Virus record (IMG/VR): IMGVR_UViG_2703718856_000008
Span: 1-40,953 of that record
Strand: one strand, 5' to 3'
From: a virus
Lineage: Duplodnaviria > Heunggongvirae > Uroviricota > Caudoviricetes
DNA length: 40,953 nucleotides
The first letter of the stretch is position 1, and each line of letters begins with the position of its first letter. Positions 1 to 8,005 of this stretch are shown here, piece by piece. The notes beneath the pieces were generated by a model, which was not told where the DNA came from, made no database searches, and was given only the letters and a program-made list of their open reading frames with translations. The translations under genes and the position numbers were made by a program.

Positions 1-1158
1 ATGCTCACCGTTAAGCAGATTGAAGCAGCAAAGCCGAAAGAAAAACCATACCGCCTTCTCGATGGTAATGGCCTGTACCTTTATGTCCCTGTATCAGGGA
101 AAAAGGTATGGCAGCTTCGCTACAAGATTGACGGTAAGGAGAAAATCCTGACCGTCGGAAAATATCCGCTTATGACTTTGCAGGAGGCAAGGGATAAAGC
201 ATGGACCGCGAGGAAAGACATCTCGGTTGGCATCGATCCGGTAAAAGCGAAAAAGGCTTCGTCTAACAACAATTCCTTTAGTGCGATTTACAAGGAATGG
301 TACGAGCACAAGAAGCAAGTCTGGTCAGTAGGCTATGCAACTGAACTTGCCAAAATGTTTGATGACGACATTTTACCTATCATCGGCGGCCTTGAAATTC
401 AGGATATTGAGCCGATGCAACTGCTGGAAGTAATCCGCAGATTTGAAGATCGCGGTGCAATGGAGCGAGCCAACAAAGCACGCAGAAGATGCGGCGAGGT
501 TTTCCGTTACGCTATTGTCACCGGAAGGGCTAAATATAACCCGGCACCTGACCTTGCAGACGCCATGAAAGGATACCGCAAGAAGAACTTCCCGTTCCTT
601 CCAGCAGACCAGATCCCTGCATTCAACAAAGCACTGGCAACATTTTCAGGAAGTATCGTATCGCTCATTGCGACAAAAGTTTTACGTTATACAGCCCTAA
701 GAACGAAAGAGCTTCGTTCCATGCTATGGAAGAACGTCGATTTTGAAAACAGGATTATCACCATCGACGCCAGTGTGATGAAGGGCCGCAAAATTCATGT
801 GGTTCCTATGTCAGACCAGGTAGTTGAACTTCTCACTACGCTAAGCTCAATCACCAAACCAGTCTCAGATTTTGTTTTTGCCGGGCGCAACGATAAGAAG
901 AAACCAATCTGCGAGAACGCGGTATTGCTTGTGATCAAACAAATCGGCTATGAGGGGCTGGAAAGCGGTCACGGGTTCAGGCATGAATTCAGCACGATTA
1001 TGAACGAGCACGAATGGCCTGCTGACGCTATTGAAGTGCAACTGGCACATGCCAACGGCGGTTCTGTGCGCGGGATTTACAACCATGCTCAGTATCTCGA
1101 TAAGCGCAGAGAAATGATGCAGTGGTGGGCGGACTGGCTTGATGAGAAGGTTAGGTAG
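1..1158 (+). CDS. int: Tyrosine integrase, P4/IntS-like (DUF4102 N-terminal arm-binding domain plus C-terminal catalytic domain)
   Basis: 385-aa ORF; N-terminus MLTVKQIEAAKPKEKPYRLLDGNGLYLYV is typical of P4-family integrases; C-terminal motifs HGFRHEF and ...RGIYNHAQY fit the catalytic H-x-x-R and Tyr; recalled as near-identical to E. coli CPS-53/KplE1 IntS. Confidence 0.9.
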   Translation: MLTVKQIEAAKPKEKPYRLLDGNGLYLYVPVSGKKVWQLRYKIDGKEKILTVGKYPLMTLQEARDKAWTARKDISVGIDPVKAKKASSNNNSFSAIYKEWYEHKKQVWSVGYATELAKMFDDDILPIIGGLEIQDIEPMQLLEVIRRFEDRGAMERANKARRRCGEVFRYAIVTGRAKYNPAPDLADAMKGYRKKNFPFLPADQIPAFNKALATFSGSIVSLIATKVLRYTALRTKELRSMLWKNVDFENRIITIDASVMKGRKIHVVPMSDQVVELLTTLSSITKPVSDFVFAGRNDKKKPICENAVLLVIKQIGYEGLESGHGFRHEFSTIMNEHEWPADAIEVQLAHANGGSVRGIYNHAQYLDKRREMMQWWADWLDEKVR

Positions 1159-1313
1159 GCAAATCCATGCCTGAGCAGAGCCTTGCCCTCTACCTGAGCC
1201 CATGCTCATTCTTTGGCCTCAACGCGAGCATGACCTCACTGGCTGGACCCAAAATGGACTATGACAGAAAGATCTGATATTTTTCCTCGCAAAAACTTAG
1301 AGGCTTTATTTTA

Positions 1314-2315
1314 ATGCATAAGAGCAACTGCTTTGACACGGCAAGGCTTGTGGCAGCTATGATGGTTCTGGTCAGTCACCACTACGCGCTCTCTGGGCAG
1401 CCGGAGCCGTACCTGTTCGGCTTTGAAAGTGCTGGCGGCATTGCAGTTATCATATTCTTTTCAATATCAGGATATCTGATTTCAAAATCAGCTATCAGGA
1501 GTGATTCCTTTATTGATTTCATGGCTAAAAGAGCGAGAAGAATATTCCCGGCGCTGGTCCCTTGCTCTATACTGACATATTTTTTATTTGGATGGATACT
1601 TAACGACTTCAGCGCAGAATATTTTAGCCATGACATTGTCAGGAAGACCATAAGCTCTATTTTTATGAGTCAGGCTCCAGATGCTGACATTACATCACAT
1701 TTAATTCATGCCGGAATTAACGGCAGTTTGTGGACCCTACCGCTTGAGTTCCTGTGTTATATAATAACGGGAGTAGCAGTTGCCCTACTAAAGAACGGAA
1801 AAGCATTCATAGTTATACTGTTGGTTTTTGTTTCTCTTTCATTAATTGGAAGTGTGTCAGAAAACAGGGATGTAATGTTCTCTATTCCGTTATGGCTGTA
1901 TCCTTTGCGTGGACTGGCGTTCTTTTTTGGTGCCACTATGGCAATGTATGAGAAGTCATGGAATGTAAGTAATGTTAAAATTACTGTAGTTTCTTTGCTT
2001 GCTATGTACGCCTACGCTAGTTATGGCAAAGGCATTGATTATACTATGACTTGCTATATCCTGGTTTCATTCTCGACAATAGCCATATGCACATCCGTTG
2101 GCGACCCACTGGTTAAGGGCAGGTTTGATTACTCGTATGGTGTGTACATTTATGCATTCCCGGTTCAGCAGGTTGTTATAAACACATTGCACATGGGTTT
2201 TTACCCGTCAATGTTGTTAAGTGCCGTGACTGTTCTTTTCTTGTCCCATCTTTCATGGAATCTGGTTGAAAAAAGATTCCTGACACGAAGTTCGCCTAAA
2301 TTATCCCTGGATTGA
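1314..2315 (+). CDS. oac: O-antigen acetyltransferase, acyltransferase-3 family (Oac-like serotype-converting enzyme)
   Basis: 333-aa polytopic membrane protein; N-terminal acyltransferase-3 motifs (RLVAAMMVLVSHH, FFSISGYLIS, RRIFPAL); sits between int and tailspike as oac does in Sf6. Confidence 0.8.
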   Translation: MHKSNCFDTARLVAAMMVLVSHHYALSGQPEPYLFGFESAGGIAVIIFFSISGYLISKSAIRSDSFIDFMAKRARRIFPALVPCSILTYFLFGWILNDFSAEYFSHDIVRKTISSIFMSQAPDADITSHLIHAGINGSLWTLPLEFLCYIITGVAVALLKNGKAFIVILLVFVSLSLIGSVSENRDVMFSIPLWLYPLRGLAFFFGATMAMYEKSWNVSNVKITVVSLLAMYAYASYGKGIDYTMTCYILVSFSTIAICTSVGDPLVKGRFDYSYGVYIYAFPVQQVVINTLHMGFYPSMLLSAVTVLFLSHLSWNLVEKRFLTRSSPKLSLD

Positions 2316-2316
2316 A

Positions 2317-2348
2317 CAATAAAAGGGGCCATATGGCCCCTAAAATAA
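2317..2348. terminator. Bidirectional intrinsic terminator between convergent oac and tailspike
   Basis: Perfect hairpin GGGGCC-ATAT-GGCCCC at 2325-2340 flanked by an A-run upstream and T/A-rich sequence downstream; the U-tract is better on the minus strand. Confidence 0.5.
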
Positions 2349-4220
2349 TCAGATGGCCAGATACTCAACCATTGAAGGCAGCGCGACTCCTACTGGGCTT
2401 GGGCGAGTAACATTAATTGTCACCCCGGAAACACTAACCTTGTCACCACTTGATGCAGGGTCACCAAAAAGGCTTCTTACTCTGTATGTCAGGTTCCCCG
2501 GGTTCGGTATAGCTGCAGATCCGCTTGTGGCACCTGCCGCAACTGGGACATAAATGATCCCATTTACAGACGGTACGCCTGAACAGCCACGATACGTATT
2601 GTATCTGCCTTCCGGTTTCTGCACCTCGGTAATGCCAGCCAAATAACAGTCAGTAACTGACACGCCACCGCTACGAAGATAGCGTAGAGGCTTAGTGAAT
2701 ATGCACTTATCGAAAGAAACACATTCATTGATGTCGACAATATTTACAGCCCATTCATCACCAGTTAACGTACAACCACTTACAAAGACGAAGATCGCCG
2801 ACTGTTCTATCGCTATACTTTGATTGTTTGCAGCCGTGTTTTTGTTTGCAGTGTTGATATGAACACCACTGACAATTTTATGTGACTGCGTTGAGGTCGG
2901 CGTTCTAAAATATATCCCCGTAAATTGTTCAGTGCCATCGGCATCTGCTGCTATCCATGAGTTTGAGAAAGAAAATCCTCCGTTTACATTCTCTATAACC
3001 ACGCCTGTTGAGCCGCAATAATCTAAATCCAGTTGTTCCATATGCAAATCAAGGCAATCATGAACATAGACGGCATTTTTAAAACCAATGCACATGGTCT
3101 CACTGTCTAAAATTATTGCTTCTGACCTAACTGCCTCTGACGACCACGCATACGTTTGAGGCTGAATCCTGATGCCAAAGCTTTCATCAGCAGAATAATT
3201 TCCTCTGCTGAAATGGCAGGAGCTGACACTAACACTTACGCACTGGCCTAAAAAGTGAAGACCGACTCTACAGGTTCCAGCCTGACATGCTATAAATTTT
3301 GAGTGCCAGAGCCCTTGCATTAAATAAGCGGTTTCAACTTCATTCACCATTACATTATCAAATACCCAGCCATAAACCTGTCTGATGACAGAGTCTTCTG
3401 CTGTAATGTTTGTGTCAATACCATTGCAGGTGTTATTACCAGTTACTCGTATATTTCTCAGATAACGGCCGATAGTGTCTGAATCATAAGACAGCCTTAA
3501 CACAGATCCTGTAAGTCCGCTTTTTGCTCGGAGTTGCGATGCCTTACCAACCCCTCTGATGTTAACACCGCCAGGAATAAGCAAAGTGGATCCAACAATA
3601 TACCCCACCGCTTGGTTGCTCGCAGGGATAAACAGCTCCCCGCCGGAGGGTAGTGAAGCAACGGCATCTATTGCATTTTGTATTGCCTGGTAATTATCTG
3701 TCACACCATCATCAATAACACCAAAATCCAGGATACTTATTGCTTCTTTATTTTTGTCATGCTGAGTTCTTAAAACTGCTTTTGGTAAAGGCTGCTTGAC
3801 GCCAATCATGGCATCGCCTTTGGTGTTATCCTGCGAATACTTACCGGATTGAGCTAGTTGCTCAATTAAATCCGGACCGAACTGATCAGGGTCGTACTTC
3901 AGCACATTCTGAAAATAGAACTGCTGCGAACCATACGCATCATATACAGCCATTGAATGGCCTTGCTCAGTTACAAATTTGGCAATCTGCCCGTTGTACA
4001 CAGGATATCCGGCAGCATTGATAACAATTGGCTGAGAAACAGGGACGTGAGATCCGTCTTCATTCTCTACATAAACCTGCACTTGATTCTGTGGGAGCGT
4101 GGGATCGGAATCTATCTTACCAATGAATATCTTGCCATTGCTTGCGGCCTGGAATTTTCTGGCTAACGTAAATAGTTGACTTGGCATTGAAATTATAACA
4201 TTTGGCACAATATTTGACAT
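2349..4220 (-). CDS. Tailspike protein, Sf6-type endorhamnosidase (O-antigen receptor-binding and cleaving)
   Basis: 623-aa ORF, same length as Sf6 tailspike; P22-like N-terminal head-binding region (GKIDSDPTLPQNQVQVYVENEDGSHVPVSQPIVINAAGYPVYNGQIAKF); last gene of the virion module. Confidence 0.85.
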   Translation of the reverse strand: MSNIVPNVIISMPSQLFTLARKFQAASNGKIFIGKIDSDPTLPQNQVQVYVENEDGSHVPVSQPIVINAAGYPVYNGQIAKFVTEQGHSMAVYDAYGSQQFYFQNVLKYDPDQFGPDLIEQLAQSGKYSQDNTKGDAMIGVKQPLPKAVLRTQHDKNKEAISILDFGVIDDGVTDNYQAIQNAIDAVASLPSGGELFIPASNQAVGYIVGSTLLIPGGVNIRGVGKASQLRAKSGLTGSVLRLSYDSDTIGRYLRNIRVTGNNTCNGIDTNITAEDSVIRQVYGWVFDNVMVNEVETAYLMQGLWHSKFIACQAGTCRVGLHFLGQCVSVSVSSCHFSRGNYSADESFGIRIQPQTYAWSSEAVRSEAIILDSETMCIGFKNAVYVHDCLDLHMEQLDLDYCGSTGVVIENVNGGFSFSNSWIAADADGTEQFTGIYFRTPTSTQSHKIVSGVHINTANKNTAANNQSIAIEQSAIFVFVSGCTLTGDEWAVNIVDINECVSFDKCIFTKPLRYLRSGGVSVTDCYLAGITEVQKPEGRYNTYRGCSGVPSVNGIIYVPVAAGATSGSAAIPNPGNLTYRVRSLFGDPASSGDKVSVSGVTINVTRPSPVGVALPSMVEYLAI

Positions 4221-4240
4221 AGTGAATCTCTATTTAAGGA

Positions 4241-4735
4241 ATGAATATGATTACTCATAAAGAATTAACCTCTTCACTCAACTACAACCCAGAAACAGGC
4301 GTCTTCACTTGGAAGATAGCTTCTGGTAGCTCCAGTATCGGAAAGGTTGCTGGATTTAAGACGAACTCACAGGCCGACTACTTATCAATACGGATTAATG
4401 GAAAATCGTATCTTTGCCACCGACTTGCTTGGTTTTATATGAAAGGATGCTGGCCTAAAGGGTTAATTGACCATATTAACGGGGTTAAAAATGACAATAG
4501 AATTTCAAACCTAAGAGAAGTAACCAGAGGTCAGAATAAAACCAACAGCGTTTCATCATCCAATACAGGTATAAAAGGAGTTCATCTTCTTAAAGGGAAA
4601 AACACATATAAAGTTATGTTCAAACTAAAAGGTAAGTCTATTTGCCTTGGGTATACCGATGATATTGAGCTGGCCGAATTAATGTCTATTGCATTCAGGG
4701 AAAAATATCATGGCGAGTTTGCTTGTTTTAGATAA
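4241..4735 (+). CDS. Free-standing HNH endonuclease (HNH_3 / AP2-like DNA-binding type)
   Basis: 164 aa; motif SYLCHRLAWFYMKG...IDHINGVKNDNRISNLREVTRGQN typical of phage HNH homing endonucleases; RBS AAGGA upstream; opposite strand to flanking tailspike and ant. Confidence 0.7.
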   Translation: MNMITHKELTSSLNYNPETGVFTWKIASGSSSIGKVAGFKTNSQADYLSIRINGKSYLCHRLAWFYMKGCWPKGLIDHINGVKNDNRISNLREVTRGQNKTNSVSSSNTGIKGVHLLKGKNTYKVMFKLKGKSICLGYTDDIELAELMSIAFREKYHGEFACFR

Positions 4736-4803
4736 TGTCTGTCATTTAATTTGCTCCAGATACAAGGAATCACCGAAGCATGGCTACGATGAATTTTGGG
4801 CAT

Positions 4804-4826
4804 AAAAAAACCCAGCCGAAGCTGGG
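4804..4826 (-). terminator. Intrinsic terminator downstream of ant
   Basis: Hairpin CCCAGC-CGAA-GCTGGG (4811-4826) followed on the minus strand by a 7-nt U-tract (the A-run at 4804-4810 on plus). Confidence 0.5.
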
Positions 4827-4845
4827 TCGTTGCGTTGGTTATCTG

Positions 4846-5748
4846 TCAGTAGTTATGTACTGAAGGAGGTAATTCTTTATTCTTAAGTCTCATCCATGCG
4901 GAAAGATTCGTTGGTCCGTCTGGCTCATTGATATCAACATCTCGTGTGTGATTAATTAAAACGTCTCTCGCCATTCCGATAACATACGAGAACTCATGAC
5001 CGTAGTCGTAGCATCTGCCGGAATAGTTCGATTGAATTTGTTTTAGCGCCGGATACAGTTCGCGGAATAATGCCTGCGAACGGTTGGCATAATCCCATAA
5101 CCATACAAGGCTGTTTGCTTCTTTTGCAGAAAGCTCGTTGGTTTTCTTCTCTTGTTTGCCGATGAACTCACCTTCAAGCACTACCCTGTGGATGTACTCT
5201 ACGGCTTGCGGTATCTGAGATGCATCAAGCTCTTCAATACTGTCCACATTGAAACGCTGATGAATCATTGCATAAGCTTCTGGGTACATTAGATGCTTTT
5301 TGCTGACTAGCATATTTACAGCATCACGAAGCGGAGTCCTGTCATCAACAGATGTTTTCTTACGTGCATTTTCTTCCTTTCCCTTTGTCCAGTAGTCATG
5401 CAGCACAGTAAAGCATTCTTCCTGGTACTGAATAAGTTTATCGCGGATGTCAGCACGAACTTTCTCAGGGTTGATGCTGAACAGCCACCCATTTAACTTC
5501 TTCAAAGGAAGGCAGAGTAACTTACGAAGCTTCCCATCAGCGGCAACCATGTTCATATGAACACAGTTGAATTTGCTAATCTGCTTCATGAGTTTTGTTT
5601 GCTGCGTTGACCAGCTCATTCCAAGGTTTTCAACGATTGGCTTCATCGCAACATATGCAACTCCGACAGCCATGGCGGTGATAATTTGCTGACCGTTGAA
5701 TGGTACGTAAGAGGTGTTCACTGCTTCTAAAATTGCTATACTATTCAT
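4846..5748 (-). CDS. ant: Antirepressor Ant (P22 AR N-terminal domain plus Ant C-terminal domain)
   Basis: ORF extends to 5814 with a GTG start, but the ATG at 5748 with GGAG upstream gives [21 protein letters not shown]... and a 300-aa product matching P22 Ant; sits in the immI context downstream of arc. Confidence 0.8.
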   Translation of the reverse strand: MNSIAILEAVNTSYVPFNGQQIITAMAVGVAYVAMKPIVENLGMSWSTQQTKLMKQISKFNCVHMNMVAADGKLRKLLCLPLKKLNGWLFSINPEKVRADIRDKLIQYQEECFTVLHDYWTKGKEENARKKTSVDDRTPLRDAVNMLVSKKHLMYPEAYAMIHQRFNVDSIEELDASQIPQAVEYIHRVVLEGEFIGKQEKKTNELSAKEANSLVWLWDYANRSQALFRELYPALKQIQSNYSGRCYDYGHEFSYVIGMARDVLINHTRDVDINEPDGPTNLSAWMRLKNKELPPSVHNY

Positions 5749-5810
5749 GTTGGTTTTTCTCCACGGATTTACTGACAACCGAAGCCCTGACTGTTCCCGC
5801 AGTTGGGGCT

Positions 5811-6032
5811 TCACTGTTTTTGTAAGTCACTGTAGCTATAAAGCCACTGACCACTCATTTTTGATTTGATTGACTCTACTGAATCACGGCAAGGAATGAT
5901 TCCACCTGACATCATTCTGATCTCCGTAAATTCACCACTCCTTATCGACTCAATGCCATTAACGTTAACTAAAGATTTACCTCTACCAAGTGCATTCTCA
6001 TAGCCAATCTCATCAACCTCGATAAACTTCAT
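5811..6032 (-). CDS. Hypothetical 73-aa protein inserted between arc and ant
   Basis: ORF translationally coupled to both neighbours (4-nt overlaps at each end); no recognisable domain. Confidence 0.4.
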   Translation of the reverse strand: MKFIEVDEIGYENALGRGKSLVNVNGIESIRSGEFTEIRMMSGGIIPCRDSVESIKSKMSGQWLYSYSDLQKQ

Positions 6033-6181
6033 ACCGTTATCCCCTCTCTCTTCAGGCTGTCCAGCAATCGCTTAATCACTTCCGAGTTAAACGACCGGCA
6101 TTCTTCTTTGGCCTTTCCTGTAATCGCATCTTTTAGCGACTGAGGCATTCTCACCAAAATTCTGCTAACTTCTTTTTCCAT
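6029..6181 (-). CDS. arc: Arc-like ribbon-helix-helix repressor
   Basis: 50 aa from the ATG at 6181 (GGTGG RBS); MPQSLKDAITGKAKEECRSFNSEVIKRLLDSLKREG resembles P22 Arc (RHH fold, NSE motif). Confidence 0.7.
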   Translation of the reverse strand: MEKEVSRILVRMPQSLKDAITGKAKEECRSFNSEVIKRLLDSLKREGITV

Positions 6182-6290
6182 ATCGCCACCACGTGAGTTA
6201 TTGTGAATCACAAACATATCACCGTGACTATATCAAGTCAAAATTTTTTTGAATACACTGTGATATCAATGTGATTATCACGGTGTAAGT
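6182..6290. promoter_or_regulatory. immI divergent promoter/operator region (Pant/Pmnt-like) with three palindromic operator candidates
   Basis: Palindromes TTGTGAATCACAA (6201-6213), TGATATCA (6261-6268) and GTGATTATCAC (6271-6281) between divergent arc and mnt. Confidence 0.55.
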
Positions 6291-6545
6291 ATGACGAAGG
6301 TTAGAGACATAGCCCCATATAGCGTAAGAATGCCAGATAGCCTCAAGCGCGACCTGACCATAAGAGCATCGAAAAACGGACGCTCATTAAATTCAGAAAT
6401 AGTTATGATCTTGCAAGCTGCTATTGATGAAGAAAAATCACCAAGATCAATAGAAGGTTTTGCTCAACAAGAATCTGAAAAATTTAGGGAGGCTCTTCTT
6501 AAGACTCTCAGCAGCATGTACGGAGAAGATAAAAAACCCACCTGA
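6291..6545 (+). CDS. mnt: Mnt-like ribbon-helix-helix repressor
   Basis: 84 aa; RMPDSLKRDLTIRASKNGRSLNSEIVMILQAAI fits the RHH motif of P22 Mnt (83 aa); transcribed divergently from arc/ant. Confidence 0.75.
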   Translation: MTKVRDIAPYSVRMPDSLKRDLTIRASKNGRSLNSEIVMILQAAIDEEKSPRSIEGFAQQESEKFREALLKTLSSMYGEDKKPT

Positions 6546-6558
6546 CGGTGGGTTTTAT
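6531..6558. terminator. Bidirectional intrinsic terminator between mnt and the convergent toxin-like gene
   Basis: AAAAAA-CCCACC-TGAC-GGTGGG-TTTTATT; hairpin with an A-run on one side and a T-run on the other; overlaps both stop codons. Confidence 0.55.
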
Positions 6559-6977
6559 TAGTGCTTGTATAGGTTGAACTCTCTATCAAGCCATATAACA
6601 AAAAATGTCGATCCAAGACGATAACCAACCATGGCTTTCAAATCATCAAATCTAAAAGCCAAGAAATGATCTACGTCTTCCGTTATATGACTGGGGATAC
6701 CTGCTTTAATTGCACCCCTTGCAATCTTCTCAAATCCAAGCTTATGCCTACCTTGCTGCTTAATATCTGCCCATGTTAGTTGACTTAATCTGTATAATTT
6801 ATCAGCTAAGCCAGCTTTCTCATCTTTTTGGCATTTCGTTATGCAGTGAGAGCTTTGGATGTAACAGAATGAAAATTTCGGTTTCTTTTGATCTGAATTC
6901 CCCCCTGACTGCGGCCCTAACTTTAACTTACCTGTAGATTCAGCAGGGGGGATAATCCTTTTAGATTTTCTTGCCAT
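6558..6977 (-). CDS. Hypothetical protein, candidate toxin partner of the upstream Panacea-domain protein
   Basis: 139 aa from the ATG at 6977, 4 nt after the upstream stop; basic low-complexity N-terminus, conserved-looking C-terminus (HFLAFRFDDLKAMVGYRLGSTFFVIWLDREFNLYKH); the ORF could also start at the TTG at 7052; function is inferred from context only. Confidence 0.4.
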   Translation of the reverse strand: MARKSKRIIPPAESTGKLKLGPQSGGNSDQKKPKFSFCYIQSSHCITKCQKDEKAGLADKLYRLSQLTWADIKQQGRHKLGFEKIARGAIKAGIPSHITEDVDHFLAFRFDDLKAMVGYRLGSTFFVIWLDREFNLYKH

Positions 6978-6981
6978 CTCG

Positions 6982-7431
6982 TTAGTTAATCCGAGTTGCA
7001 AAGTACTCTGCCATCTCCTTAGAACTAATTTCAGAACCACCAACACCCTCAATATAGTTTGATCTCCATGGTGACTCTTCGTGTGTCATGTTCCTCAGTT
7101 TCCAGGCAGAAAATTGCCCAAAAACATCCCAGACTTCTTCTAATAGCTCTAACTGTTCTTCGCTGAATTTTTCAGCATCAAAAGACTCTGGAGAAGGGAT
7201 AGCACCATTACCATATTGTTTATAACGGTGATAAAGCTCAGGGACAACAGGGCCATGCATCCAAGCTTCCATCTTATTCTGAAAAAGAGGCTCGCCAAGC
7301 AACGCCAATGAAAAACCCTGAGCATAGTAAACAAGCTTTTGTAATTTTAAATTAGAGATTGCGTCACCGCTATCCTCGTCACACCGCGACAGGAAGTAGT
7401 CGGCGACATCAAAACAAGTAAGCATGAACAC
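6982..7431 (-). CDS. Panacea (DUF4065) domain protein, putative antitoxin (GepA/SocA-like)
   Basis: 149 aa; SNLKLQKLVYYAQGFSLALLGEPLFQNKMEAWMHGPVVPELYHRYKQYG matches the DUF4065/Panacea signature (KLQKL-YYAQ ... W-HGPV-LY). Confidence 0.6.
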   Translation of the reverse strand: MFMLTCFDVADYFLSRCDEDSGDAISNLKLQKLVYYAQGFSLALLGEPLFQNKMEAWMHGPVVPELYHRYKQYGNGAIPSPESFDAEKFSEEQLELLEEVWDVFGQFSAWKLRNMTHEESPWRSNYIEGVGGSEISSKEMAEYFATRIN

Positions 7432-7799
7432 ACCTCCATCTTGATAGCCACAGCTAAGTATCCAACTATGTCAAATGTCATTTAATACTATAACAAAGCT
7501 ATCAGCAATCCTTCGGAGGCTAACTTACAACCACTTTAGCGACATGTTTAAACCATTACGTTTCACATTTACTGCATTTTCGCCGAAGTTACCTATAAGG
7601 TAATGTCACATTTCCTGCAAGTTTCATGCAATGTTGAAAAGTGAGCTATTCACTTTTCTATGACACCAAACACCAAAAATAGCACTTTTTGCTAAATCAT
7701 TCGTCCAAGTTGTGGATGGTTTGTCGTTGACACGTTTTCACACACCACTCCACCAATAAAGTATCATCTGGTATCCTGAGCAAAACTAAGGAGGTTGGT

Positions 7800-7988
7800 G
7801 TGAAGAAAAAATTTGTAAACGTTGCAAAGTGCGCAATTTTTATATTTTTTATGACCTTTTACGGATTTAGTGCCGGAGAAGGTTTCGATCGTGATGCCAA
7901 TGCATTCAGTTTCTTTTGTCTGTCTATAGTGGTCATAATTGTATGGGTGGAATTAAAGCAAACATTGTTTCATGTGCTAGGGAAATAA
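7800..7988 (+). CDS. Small hydrophobic (two predicted TM segments) membrane protein
   Basis: 62 aa, GTG start 5 nt after a perfect AAGGAGG RBS (7788-7794); hydrophobic stretches AIFIFFMTFYGF and FFCLSIVVIIVWV; lone plus-strand gene in a 570-bp AT-rich gap. Confidence 0.45.
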   Translation: MKKKFVNVAKCAIFIFFMTFYGFSAGEGFDRDANAFSFFCLSIVVIIVWVELKQTLFHVLGK

Positions 7989-8005
7989 CCATCCATGGCA
8001 TTTAG

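Noticed and set aside
94-1209. Minus-strand ORFs (74 and 114 aa) inside and overlapping the integrase gene
   Set aside because: Antisense to a full-length, well-conserved integrase ORF; no RBS; typical shadow ORFs.
1159-1313. attP core between int and oac (the position of attP in lambda and P22)
   Set aside because: Could not find a convincing tRNA 3'-end-like segment or repeat in this 155-bp interval by eye; left unassigned pending alignment to host tRNA genes. The only tRNA-like motif seen is upstream of xis (40718-40733).
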